Shown here in pieces: positions 8,165 to 16,978 of a stretch of DNA of 50,306 nucleotides (position 1 is its first letter; each line of letters opens with the position of its first letter). The notes under the pieces are model-generated. The model saw only the letters and a list, made by a program, of their open reading frames with translations. It did not search any database and had not been told where the DNA came from. The position numbers and the translations under genes were made by a program. Origin of the DNA: Clostridia bacterium (lineage in GTDB: Bacteria > Bacillota > Clostridia > Oscillospirales > CAG-272); NCBI GenBank assembly GCA_017454525.1, contig JAFTCT010000104.1, forward strand, positions 1 to 50,306. Direction: 5' to 3'.

Positions 8165-10419
8165 CATTCGTTTTCCGCGAGGATGTCGATCACGCAGGCG
8201 GTGCGGTCGTCCTGGCGGCACGCCGAGCGCGCGAGCATCCCGTTTGCCGCGGACCGCGGATCGTTCCCGAGAGTGCCGTCGAGAAGGTCGGTCAGCCAGG
8301 GCGCGCTCTCGATCTCCTCGGAAACGCCGTCGCTCTGCAGGATCACGCGGTCGCCGGGCTTCAGCCGGACGGCGACCTCTTCGACCTGAAGTTCCTTGAC
8401 GGCGCCGGCGGGCACGCCGGGGCGGCGGACGAGGAAGGTGTTGTCGCCGCGCAGGACGAGAGAGGCGCAGGCGCCGCACTTGTAAAAGGACGCCTGTCCC
8501 GAGAAAAGATCGAGGCGGAAGAGATCGACGGTACAGGGACACTCCCGGTTCATGGACAGAAGGAAGGCGTTAAGGAAGCAGACCGCTCCCTCGGGGGAGG
8601 AACCGCAGGAAAGCAGATCCTCAAGGAATTCCGAGGAGGCGTTTGAAACCGAATGCGCTTCCTCGCCGCTGCCGGTGCCGTCGCAGATCAGCGCGTAGAA
8701 ATATCCGTCGTAAGAAAAGGAGCGGCAGACGTCGCCGTTTTCTTTTTCCCCCTCCTTTTTTTCGGTCGCGAAGGCGCAGTCGGCGCGCAGCGCGCGCACC
8801 GCGCGCAGGGTCAGCGTCACGCCCTCCGCGCCGTTCTTCAGCAGCGGGACGCCGAAGCGGACGCCCGCCTCGCCGAAAACGCGTCTGAGAGTCTCGACGG
8901 CGCCGTTGACCGCCGCTTCGTCGATCCCCCCGACGGCGCAGACGATCTGCCGCTTCCCCTTGACCGAAAGGGAGGCGTAGGGAACGCCCAGATCCTCGAG
9001 CGCGCTTCTGAAGCGCGCGCATTCCTTCAAATTGTCCTCCTCCGCTTCGCGCGCGCGGGCGTTCCGGTCGTCAAGCAGCCGGGAGACGCCGTCAAAACAG
9101 TCGGAAAACGTGGGGAGGCGGTCGCTCTCGCGCATCCGGCGAAGCTTTTTGGCGTACGCGCCGTTCACGGTATTGCAGAAGATCTGCCGTTTTGAACAGA
9201 AGGGCAGCTTCACGCCGCCTTCCGCGTCGATCTTTCCGTTCTCTTTCAGTTCTTCAAGCAGGCGCAGCCGGTACTCCTCCTTTTCAAAGCAGCGGGCGGT
9301 ACAGTCGCGGCAGACGTCTGAGACGGAGGCGTCGAGGATGCATTCCAGCGCGTCGGGCGAAGGGCGCGCGAGGGCTTGGGAAAAGGCGCGCGCGTCCTTG
9401 GACAGTTTCTGAATGCGCGCTCCGATCCCGTCGTTTTCCTCTTGCGGCGTTTCTTTGTTTTGCCTGGCGCGCGGGGCGGCGGCGCGGAGGTACCGCGCGA
9501 CCGGCAGACTGAGCATCGCTCCGCCGACAAGGTCGGGCAGAACGTAGAGGAACGCCGAGGAGCCGCGGTCGTAGAACGCCCAGCCGAAGCCGCACAGTAC
9601 GCCGAGCCATGGCGCCAAAGTCCTGCTGTACCGGTAAAAGAGCGCGCTGATCCCGCCGACGAGCGCGAGCATGATCACCGCGTCTCTGCCGCAGGCGGCG
9701 CCGAGGAGCAGACCGAGCGCGCCCATGGACAGCACGTCCACCTTGCCCGCGAGGATCAGCAGGATCGCCGTCGCAAGGAGGACGTCGGGCGAAAAGCCGA
9801 AGAGCGAGAGCGAGGAAGCGCTGTATACGACGCAGAAGAGAAGGGAAGCGAAGGCGGCTTTCTTATAGAGATAACGGACGCCCTGCCCCCGTGACGTTCC
9901 GCAGAAGAGAAAGGCGAACACGCCCGAGGACGAAAGATAAACGAGCAGCGCAAAGAGCGAATGGAGGGTGAAGCGCTCGGCGATACAGCCGTATGCGCCC
10001 GGGATGAATGAGGCGATCACGGCGCCTGAAACGCGCAGTGCGATCTTCTCCCCTTTTTTTATCGCGCTTCGTTTCTTTCCGTTTTTCGGTCTGCTTGTCA
10101 GGCGGATCGCCGCCATCGCGGTATAAAGTGCGATGAACAGGACCGATAAGGGCGCGGGCAGAAAGAGCGCGCCGACGACGCAGCCGCCCCACAGAGCGGG
10201 GAGCGCGCGGTCGCATCCCGCAAGAAGCGCGATCGCGAAGGGATAGGCGCCGAAAAGAAAGGGGCCGCGCGCAAGCAGAAAACCGGTGACGGCGAAGAGC
10301 GCCGCCTCTCCTATTTTTTTATAGTCCCGTTCTCTGAACGGGGCGAGGATACGGTCTGTCAGTTCCCTGAGATACAGCGGAAAACGGCTTTTTTCGCCGC
10401 CGAAACGTCGGTCGTCCAT
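8164..10419 (-). CDS. spoIIE: Stage II sporulation protein E (membrane PP2C phosphatase)
   Basis: Multi-TM N-terminus, Cys-containing central region (VCRDCTARC) and C-terminal PP2C motifs GD, LICDGTGSG, TVDL, SDGV, DD. The sigF operon is in the same window. Confidence 0.82.
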   Translation of the reverse strand: MDDRRFGGEKSRFPLYLRELTDRILAPFRERDYKKIGEAALFAVTGFLLARGPFLFGAYPFAIALLAGCDRALPALWGGCVVGALFLPAPLSVLFIALYTAMAAIRLTSRPKNGKKRSAIKKGEKIALRVSGAVIASFIPGAYGCIAERFTLHSLFALLVYLSSSGVFAFLFCGTSRGQGVRYLYKKAAFASLLFCVVYSASSLSLFGFSPDVLLATAILLILAGKVDVLSMGALGLLLGAACGRDAVIMLALVGGISALFYRYSRTLAPWLGVLCGFGWAFYDRGSSAFLYVLPDLVGGAMLSLPVARYLRAAAPRARQNKETPQEENDGIGARIQKLSKDARAFSQALARPSPDALECILDASVSDVCRDCTARCFEKEEYRLRLLEELKENGKIDAEGGVKLPFCSKRQIFCNTVNGAYAKKLRRMRESDRLPTFSDCFDGVSRLLDDRNARAREAEEDNLKECARFRSALEDLGVPYASLSVKGKRQIVCAVGGIDEAAVNGAVETLRRVFGEAGVRFGVPLLKNGAEGVTLTLRAVRALRADCAFATEKKEGEKENGDVCRSFSYDGYFYALICDGTGSGEEAHSVSNASSEFLEDLLSCGSSPEGAVCFLNAFLLSMNRECPCTVDLFRLDLFSGQASFYKCGACASLVLRGDNTFLVRRPGVPAGAVKELQVEEVAVRLKPGDRVILQSDGVSEEIESAPWLTDLLDGTLGNDPRSAANGMLARSACRQDDRTACVIDILAENE

Positions 10420-10452
10420 GTTTTTGCGCTTCCTTCCTTTTTGCTTTTTATC

Positions 10453-10486
10453 ATTATAGCAAAAAAGACCGCGCGCTTTTTGTCAA
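10453..10486 (-). promoter_or_regulatory. Putative spoIIE promoter with a 22-nt spacer
   Basis: TTGACA (10486-10481) and TATAAT (10458-10453) are 22 nt apart; TGTCAAA (1 mismatch to the 0A box TGNCGAA) overlaps the -35. Confidence 0.6.
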
Positions 10487-10496
10487 AAGCGCGCGG
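10461..10496 (-). terminator. Intrinsic terminator of the 10543..13116 gene
   Basis: 12-bp perfect stem CCGCGCGCTTTT/AAAAGCGCGCGG followed by TCTTTTTT on the minus strand. Confidence 0.7.
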
Positions 10497-10542
10497 CAGG
10501 AAACAGAATGCGGTTATTTTGTTTTTGCGGTCACCCGCCGGC

Positions 10543-13116
10543 TCATCCGACGGTGTAGATGATGGTGTTCGCGGTATGGAGCGTCTTGGAAACGCCGTCC
10601 GCGTCGACCGTCACGTGCTGGAAGGCGATAAGGTAATCGCCTGCTTCGGTGATGGCGGGCAGGGTAACGGAATACGCTTTGTTCTCGGGCGTGACCGTCT
10701 GGGTGACGATCGGCTCTTTGGCGCCCAGTTTGGTGACGGTGACTGTGATCTCGGTGATCTTCTTGGTCGTCAGCGTCCCGCTGACCGCGATGCCGTCCGC
10801 GGTCGCTTCCGCCTTGGCGGTGATCGGGTTCACTTCGGTGAATTCGGGAACGATGTTCCACTTCATCGCGTCGGTGAGCTCGCTGCCGACTTCCTTGATG
10901 ACGATCTTGTCCTCGTCATTGACGGCGAGAGCGAAGTATTTGCCTTCGGGACTTCTGAGGTAGAAGGAAACGGTGCCGTCCTCGTTGTAGGAGATGCCCC
11001 AGAACTGAGTGGCGAAGCAGGAGCCGGGATTGTCGATCGAGCCCGCGCTCTCGGCGTTGAACTGCGCGGTGTTGCCGTCGTTGAACTGTCCCTTGGTGAC
11101 GTCGAGCACCTTGGTGTACTTGTCGGTGCTTTCCTTGAGCCAGAGTTTATATCTGTCAAGCGCCGTGGAGTAGGTGATGTAGAATTTGTACGCTTCCTTG
11201 GACTTGTTCGTGTCGCCGGTCTTGAGCAGCATTCCGCGGTCGTTGATCATGAATTTGCCGGTCTTGACGTTCGTGAAGGTGTAGAAGGTCCCGATGATGA
11301 CGTCCTTCGCTGCCGTTTTGCCGAAGTTGAAGGAGTACCAGACCTCGCTCTCGGCGACCGATTCGCCCTTGGGCATCGTGAAGGTGCGGACGACCTCGCC
11401 GTTGCTGTTCTTGATCACGATGCTCTTGACGGTCACGGGGTTCTTCAGGTCTCTCGAGACGACTCTGACCGTGTAGTCGAAGTCTTCGTAGCTCGTTCCC
11501 TCGGGCAGTCCGGTGAGCAGTCTCTCAAACGAAATGGTGTAGTAACCGTCGACCGCTTTGCCGTTTTTGGTGCCGGTCGGGTTGAAGAACTCGTAGTTTG
11601 AGGCCTTATCGACGGTCTTGTCGTTGTTCTTGCTGTTCAGACCGTAGGTCGCAAAACCGTTCCAGTGGACGTGATAGGTCTGATACGCCTCGATCCTCGA
11701 GGTCCTGCCGAAGGCGTCGGTTTTGGTCATTTCGATCGAGAAGGCGCCGCGGTTCGCGGTTTCGAGTTCGACTTCCGCGTAGAGCTGAGGTTTCTGGTCG
11801 GTGATGTCGCGGTCCCAGTAGATGAACGAGAAGACGTCGAATACCACGCCTCTCTTATCCTTTTCGGGATCGTCCAGAACGAAGGCGCTTTCGCCCTCTT
11901 CATTCTTCTGCGGGTTGAAGGTGTTGAGGGAGTCGTACATGACCCACGCGAAGCCGTCTTTTCCCCACTTCTTGTTGCCTGCGTTGCAGACGAGGAAGGC
12001 GCCGGTGGTGGTCACGCCGTGGCTCTCGAAGGAGATCTCGTCGTCGTAGCCGACGATGCAGACCTGATACGCCGTTTTGGTGTAGCTGTCGGAAAGCTCG
12101 AGCGCGAACGCGATGACGGTGTCGCCCGCTTTGCCGTCGCTGCCGGTATCGGCGGGCAGGGTCTCTTCCTGCCAGCCCTGGATGATGCCCTGGGCGACGA
12201 CGACGTTGCCGGTAACGATCGCGTCCTTGATCTTCTTCAGCAGTTTCTGTCCGTTTTCGCTTTCGGTGATCTCGATGCCGCCGGTCTTGGGATCATAATA
12301 ACCGGTGGTGACGACGGTGTTGTCGCGGTTGCTGGTGTTGATGTATTCGTACTGGATCAGTCTGTATTTGAGGGCTTCCTCGCCGATGCCCTTATCGACC
12401 TTCCAGCCGGTGGTCTGCGTCTGGTAGACGTTGTTCTTCTTGACGACGGGGATCTTCAGAGCGCTTCTTGCGTAGTCGTCCTTCGCGATCGTCAGACAGC
12501 CGTTATCCCTTAAGATATCGTAAGTCGCCTGTAAACTGCGCGCGTACTGCCCCGTGTATTTCGCGGAGAAGCAGGAGGAAAAGTCTGTCGCGGGCTTCCA
12601 TACGAGAGAAGGATCCTTGTTGGTCGCATAGCGCGCGACGGCGTTGGTGTACTGCATATAGGTCACGGCGTCGGAGGCGGGATTGATGATGTCCTTGCCG
12701 TTGTCGATGTCGTCCGCGTAGTTGTCGCTCGAGCGTTCGGTCGGAGCGGGGAGGAAGTCGCCGACGAGCGAAGCGTGCGTGGGCAGTTCTTCCGCTTCGG
12801 TGTGTTCCGTCTTGACGTACGGACGTTTGACGCTGCCGAAGAATTCGGGAACGTCGGTGTACGGACCGGGCGCTTCGGTTTCTTTTTCCGTCGGCGTGGT
12901 CGGCGCGACCGTGGGATCGGGCGTGTCGGTCGTGGGCGCGGCGGTCTCTTTGGTCGAAGGATCGTTCGACGGCGTCGGCTGTGCGGCGGTCGTCGTTTCG
13001 GCGCCTTTGCTCGGCGTGGGCGTCGGCGTCGGCGTGCTGTTTCCGCTGCAGGCGGTGAGCAGGATCGCGCTGCCGATCATGATCGCCGTCAGAACGAGTG
13101 CAAGGATTCTTTTCAT
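10543..13116 (-). CDS. Lipoprotein: catalytically dead papain-like domain plus ricin-type beta-trefoil
   Basis: Lipobox LTAC and PT-rich linker. Homologous to its neighbours (VTYMQYTNAVARY, QVCIVGYDD, WVMYD) but has Cys->Pro and His->Tyr. C-terminal YTFTNVKTGK...VLDV...QFW...KWNI. Confidence 0.8.
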   Translation of the reverse strand: MKRILALVLTAIMIGSAILLTACSGNSTPTPTPTPSKGAETTTAAQPTPSNDPSTKETAAPTTDTPDPTVAPTTPTEKETEAPGPYTDVPEFFGSVKRPYVKTEHTEAEELPTHASLVGDFLPAPTERSSDNYADDIDNGKDIINPASDAVTYMQYTNAVARYATNKDPSLVWKPATDFSSCFSAKYTGQYARSLQATYDILRDNGCLTIAKDDYARSALKIPVVKKNNVYQTQTTGWKVDKGIGEEALKYRLIQYEYINTSNRDNTVVTTGYYDPKTGGIEITESENGQKLLKKIKDAIVTGNVVVAQGIIQGWQEETLPADTGSDGKAGDTVIAFALELSDSYTKTAYQVCIVGYDDEISFESHGVTTTGAFLVCNAGNKKWGKDGFAWVMYDSLNTFNPQKNEEGESAFVLDDPEKDKRGVVFDVFSFIYWDRDITDQKPQLYAEVELETANRGAFSIEMTKTDAFGRTSRIEAYQTYHVHWNGFATYGLNSKNNDKTVDKASNYEFFNPTGTKNGKAVDGYYTISFERLLTGLPEGTSYEDFDYTVRVVSRDLKNPVTVKSIVIKNSNGEVVRTFTMPKGESVAESEVWYSFNFGKTAAKDVIIGTFYTFTNVKTGKFMINDRGMLLKTGDTNKSKEAYKFYITYSTALDRYKLWLKESTDKYTKVLDVTKGQFNDGNTAQFNAESAGSIDNPGSCFATQFWGISYNEDGTVSFYLRSPEGKYFALAVNDEDKIVIKEVGSELTDAMKWNIVPEFTEVNPITAKAEATADGIAVSGTLTTKKITEITVTVTKLGAKEPIVTQTVTPENKAYSVTLPAITEAGDYLIAFQHVTVDADGVSKTLHTANTIIYTVG

Positions 13117-13187
13117 TGTGGTACCCCCTGTGTTTATTCTTTTTTCCCATGCGACGGGATGATATTATCCCATTAAGGGCTGATAAC

Positions 13188-13233
13188 AGTATAGAGCAAA
13201 ATTCCGCAAAAGTCAAGACCTTTGCGGAATTTT
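13188..13233 (-). promoter_or_regulatory. SigA-type promoter with a near-perfect 36-bp palindrome centred on the -35
   Basis: TTGACT (13216-13211)-17 nt-TATACT (13193-13188); arms AAAATTCCGCAAA/TTTGCGGAATTTT at 13198-13210 and 13221-13233. Confidence 0.65.
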
Positions 13234-13276
13234 CATGGAAAGGCGTCGATTTTTATCCCTTTTTTCGCGCGCGTTT

Positions 13277-14068
13277 TCAAAGCGGGGTTTCAAGGAAGCG
13301 CTCCATACGGAGCATCACGTCGGGATCCGTCGAACTGCTCTCCAGCACGGTCCGCCCGCGCTTTTCTTTGTCGGGAGAAATGAGGGAGCACTCCTCCAGA
13401 CGGTGTTTCAGCTGCCGCGCCGTGCCTTCCGCGCCGTCGTAGAAATCCACGGTGCCGCCGAAGATCCGGCTGATCACCGGACGGGCGAAAGGGAAGTGCG
13501 TACAGCCCAGCACGATACAGTCGGGCGCCGCCGACGGGGCAACGAGCCAGGGCGCGAGGATCTCGCGCAGGCGCCGCTCGGTCTTTTCTTCCGGCAGACC
13601 CTCCTCGACGAGCCTGACAAGATCGGGGCAGGGCAGCAGATCGAAATCCGCCTCGTCTGAAAGCGACTGCATCAGCGCTCTGAATTTCTCGAGATGCAGC
13701 GTCATTTCGGTCGCCATGATCAGCACGTGCGGACGGGGCGCGGAGAGCGCCGCGGGCTTGATCGCCGGCTCCATGCCGATCACCGGCACGTCGGGAAAGC
13801 GCGCGCGCAGCGTTTCCGCCGCCGCGGCGGTCGCGGTGTTGCAGGCGATGACCAGCGCCTTGGCGCCGCGCGCGAGAAGATGATCGGCGATCGCGTTCGC
13901 ACGCGCCGTCACCTCTTCGCGCGTTTTGCCGCCGTAAGGCGCGTAGGCGTTGTCGCCGTAGTAGAGGAAATCCTCGTGCGGGAGGAGCGCGCGCAGACGG
14001 ATGAGGACGCTGATCCCGCCGCAGCCGGAATCGAATACGCCGACCGGGTTCTCACATCTGCCGTTCAC
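13277..14068 (-). CDS. murI: Glutamate racemase
   Basis: GVFDSGCGG, PYG, IACNTAT, LGCTHFP (both catalytic Cys). GTG start after AAAGGAG. Confidence 0.95.
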   Translation of the reverse strand: MNGRCENPVGVFDSGCGGISVLIRLRALLPHEDFLYYGDNAYAPYGGKTREEVTARANAIADHLLARGAKALVIACNTATAAAAETLRARFPDVPVIGMEPAIKPAALSAPRPHVLIMATEMTLHLEKFRALMQSLSDEADFDLLPCPDLVRLVEEGLPEEKTERRLREILAPWLVAPSAAPDCIVLGCTHFPFARPVISRIFGGTVDFYDGAEGTARQLKHRLEECSLISPDKEKRGRTVLESSSTDPDVMLRMERFLETPL

Positions 14069-14105
14069 CGTGTCACGCTCCTTTCCTTTTTTCCTTTTCT
14101 TTCGG

Positions 14106-16934
14106 TCACATGACGGTGCACACCGTCTGCGTTCCGTAGGGTTTTCCGTCCAGCTCGCTCGTGAAAATGTAGATGCCCGACGCAAGCTTCAGATCAACGA
14201 CGGCGCTCCCGTTTTCGGGCGTGACGGTCACGGTCTTTTCCACGGTGCCGTCGTTTTTGCGCACCGTCAGGGCGATCTCGCCGCCCGTGTATTTGTCGGG
14301 CGTGCGGACGGTGACGTGCGCGCCGTTTTCATCCTGACTGACCGAGGTGCTCAGGCGCACCGGGGTCACCGCTTCGAGGATCCAGCGGTCCTCGTCTGAG
14401 CCGTTGTCCTTGTGCAGGGTAAAATTGTTCTTGTCCGAGCCGAAGACCAGCGTCGGATCGCCGTGCGAGCGGACGGTAAAGGTGCCGTCCCCGTTGACCG
14501 TCAGATCGAACGCCTGGAAAGCGCGCTCGCCGGGTTTGTTGAGCTGCGTCTTCACACCGTCCTTCAGGTCGGTGCCGTTGATATCGAGAACGTACTTGTC
14601 TCTGAAGTCCCAGAAGCGGAAAACGCCTTCCGTCTTGTCGTATTTGATCGTGAAGACGCCCATTTCGTTTTCGTTGACCTTGCCGGAGTCGTACGCAAAG
14701 GTCATTTTGTTCTTGGCGAGCGTCAGAAGTTTGCCGGTGCCGGCGTTGCGCAGGCGGAAGGTGCCGGTGCCCACGTAACTTTCGGTCTCTCCGCCGAGGT
14801 CGAAAACGTATCTGTAGGAGGCGTTGTCGACCAGCTCCTCCGTCATGCCGGTCACGACGCTGCTGAGAACGTTTCCGCTCTCGTCCAGCAGCTTCAGACT
14901 CTTGAGCACCGCGCCGGTGCCGCGCACCGTCACGCCCCACTTGAAGTCCTCGGGGTCGGTGCTGAACTGCGAGAGCAGCGGTTCATAGCTGCAGGCGAAG
15001 AAGCCGGTCTCGGGCACGGTCGGATTGCTCTTGCCCGAGAAGGACAGGCGTTCGCCCTCTTCCAGACTGAGCCCCGGAAGGATCTCCTCCTTGGTGCGCA
15101 TGACGGAGAACGCGGGTTCGTAACTGTCCTGCAGGCCGTTTTTGTCGGTGCGCGTCAGCGTAATGGAGAGGGGCTGGCGGTCGGTCATCGAGACCTCCGC
15201 TTCAACGATCAGTTTCGGAAGTCCCACGGCGATATCCTTATCCCAGTAGGTCCAGCTGAAGCGGTAGATCGTGCCGGTGCGCTCATAACTGCCGCCGTAT
15301 TTGATCGCCGTGGCGATCATGCCGGAGAAGGAGCCGTCCTCGTTTTTGTCGTAGGTCCCGTCAACGTAGAAGAGCGCTCTGTCGGTTTCCGCGGGAAGGG
15401 GACCGACGGAAAACTGGGTGCCGTCGGCGGAGGCGTCGAGATTGAGGAACAGATCCTCCGCGCCCTCCTTCATGATCAGCACCTTGCCGGCGCGCGTATC
15501 CGCGGGCTTGGGATCCCCGTCGGTGGGCACCGGTTCGGGCAGGACCTTCTCTGCGGGGATGAGCGCGACTCTGAATAGCGGATCGGGCTCGTCTGTCAGC
15601 ACTCTTTTGCCGTCGGCAAAGGAGAAGTATTTCGTGCCGCTCTGCAGGTAGTAAAGGGGATAGGTCTCTTCCTTATAGGTCGTTTCGCCCGCGGGGATGA
15701 AGCGGACGGAGATGTCGTTCTTCAGGGCGCTGAGCGGATTGATCAGCCTGCCGTCCCCGAGCGAGAGCGCGTAGGAGCCGGAATAGAACTGCGGAACGTT
15801 GAACAGTCCGTGTTCGGACACCTTGTTGAAGGCGTCGTACATCATAAAGACGTTGCCGTCGTTGCACCATCTGCCCCAGGAATTGCGGATGAGGAAGGCG
15901 CCCTTCATCGTCACGCCGTCGACCGTCACGGTGATGTCGTCGTCGTAGCCGATGACCGTCACGCAGTGGTTCCCGCTGTCGTCGCCGTCATAGGGTTCCT
16001 CCCTTATGACCTTGAAGCCGTTCCAGATCACGCTGTCGCCCGCTTTGGCGAGCGTTCCGGCGCCCTTTTTGGTAATGGTGGTATATCTCCAGTAGGAGGA
16101 CCAGCCGCTGAGCACGACGGCGTTTCCGCGCACGAGCGCGTCCTTGGTCTTGTCGATCAGTCCCCTGCCGTAGTCGTTAGTCGTCAGCTGTCCCTGATTG
16201 GTCGCGATGAACTCGTTCTCCTCGTAGCCGGTGAGACGGAAGTTCAGCGCGTCGATCATATTGCCTTCCTTGACGTCCCAGCTGCGGGATTTCGGATCGC
16301 GCACGTCGGAGGGACCCCAGTAGTCGCCCGAGGCGACGTTCTTTTTGGTCACGCAGACGCTCATCGGCAGACAGCCGTTGTCCATGAGGACGCGGTAGGC
16401 GTAGGAGGTGCCGGCGCCCGCGAAATTATAGGTGTATTTGGGCGAGAACTGGCATTTCGGGTCCTTGGAAGGATCCCAGTTGCTCTCGGGATAGTAATGA
16501 TTCATGTACTGCGAAACGGCGACGGTGAACTGCATATAGGTCACCGCTTCCGAAGAGCAGCTGCCGATCGAGCCCTGATCGTCGGGCTTGGGGACGTGCT
16601 TGGTCCCGAGAAGCGAGAACGAGGCGGGAAAACCGACGTCCGGCGTTTCGGTCGGCGTGGGCGTCGGTTCGGGCGTGGGGGTCGGCGTCGGCGTTTCGGT
16701 CGGCGTCGGCGTCTCTGTCGGCGTCGGCGTGCCTGTCGGGACCGGCGTTTCGGTCGGGGCAGACGTTTCGGTCGGCGTCGGCGTTTCTGTCGGCGCGGCG
16801 GTCGGGGTCGTTTCGGCGGACGCCGTTTCTGTCGGCGTCGGCGCGTCGGTCGGAACGTTCACGGTGCCGGCGCAGGATGCGAGCAGCGGCAGCGTGAGGA
16901 TCAGAGCGACGAAAAGGGCGATGATCTTTTTCAA
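14106..16934 (-). CDS. Lipoprotein: PT stalk, papain-like (C1A-type) peptidase with inserted domain, ricin-type beta-trefoil
   Basis: TTG start with GGAGG RBS; lipobox LASC; DQGSIGSCSS, GNHCVTVIGYDD, IRNSWG; C-terminal FRLRNAGTGK...YVLDING...DRWIL. Confidence 0.85.
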   Translation of the reverse strand: MKKIIALFVALILTLPLLASCAGTVNVPTDAPTPTETASAETTPTAAPTETPTPTETSAPTETPVPTGTPTPTETPTPTETPTPTPTPEPTPTPTETPDVGFPASFSLLGTKHVPKPDDQGSIGSCSSEAVTYMQFTVAVSQYMNHYYPESNWDPSKDPKCQFSPKYTYNFAGAGTSYAYRVLMDNGCLPMSVCVTKKNVASGDYWGPSDVRDPKSRSWDVKEGNMIDALNFRLTGYEENEFIATNQGQLTTNDYGRGLIDKTKDALVRGNAVVLSGWSSYWRYTTITKKGAGTLAKAGDSVIWNGFKVIREEPYDGDDSGNHCVTVIGYDDDITVTVDGVTMKGAFLIRNSWGRWCNDGNVFMMYDAFNKVSEHGLFNVPQFYSGSYALSLGDGRLINPLSALKNDISVRFIPAGETTYKEETYPLYYLQSGTKYFSFADGKRVLTDEPDPLFRVALIPAEKVLPEPVPTDGDPKPADTRAGKVLIMKEGAEDLFLNLDASADGTQFSVGPLPAETDRALFYVDGTYDKNEDGSFSGMIATAIKYGGSYERTGTIYRFSWTYWDKDIAVGLPKLIVEAEVSMTDRQPLSITLTRTDKNGLQDSYEPAFSVMRTKEEILPGLSLEEGERLSFSGKSNPTVPETGFFACSYEPLLSQFSTDPEDFKWGVTVRGTGAVLKSLKLLDESGNVLSSVVTGMTEELVDNASYRYVFDLGGETESYVGTGTFRLRNAGTGKLLTLAKNKMTFAYDSGKVNENEMGVFTIKYDKTEGVFRFWDFRDKYVLDINGTDLKDGVKTQLNKPGERAFQAFDLTVNGDGTFTVRSHGDPTLVFGSDKNNFTLHKDNGSDEDRWILEAVTPVRLSTSVSQDENGAHVTVRTPDKYTGGEIALTVRKNDGTVEKTVTVTPENGSAVVDLKLASGIYIFTSELDGKPYGTQTVCTVM
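16640..16850 (-). repeat. Pro/Thr-rich (PTETPT) low-complexity linker repeat
   Basis: Repeated CCGACCGAAACG/CCGACG units. Analogous linkers at about 12870-13035 and 19505-19690. Confidence 0.8.
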
Positions 16935-16978
16935 AATAATGTCCTCCGGAAACAGGTATTTCGTGCGTGTGCGGCGTT

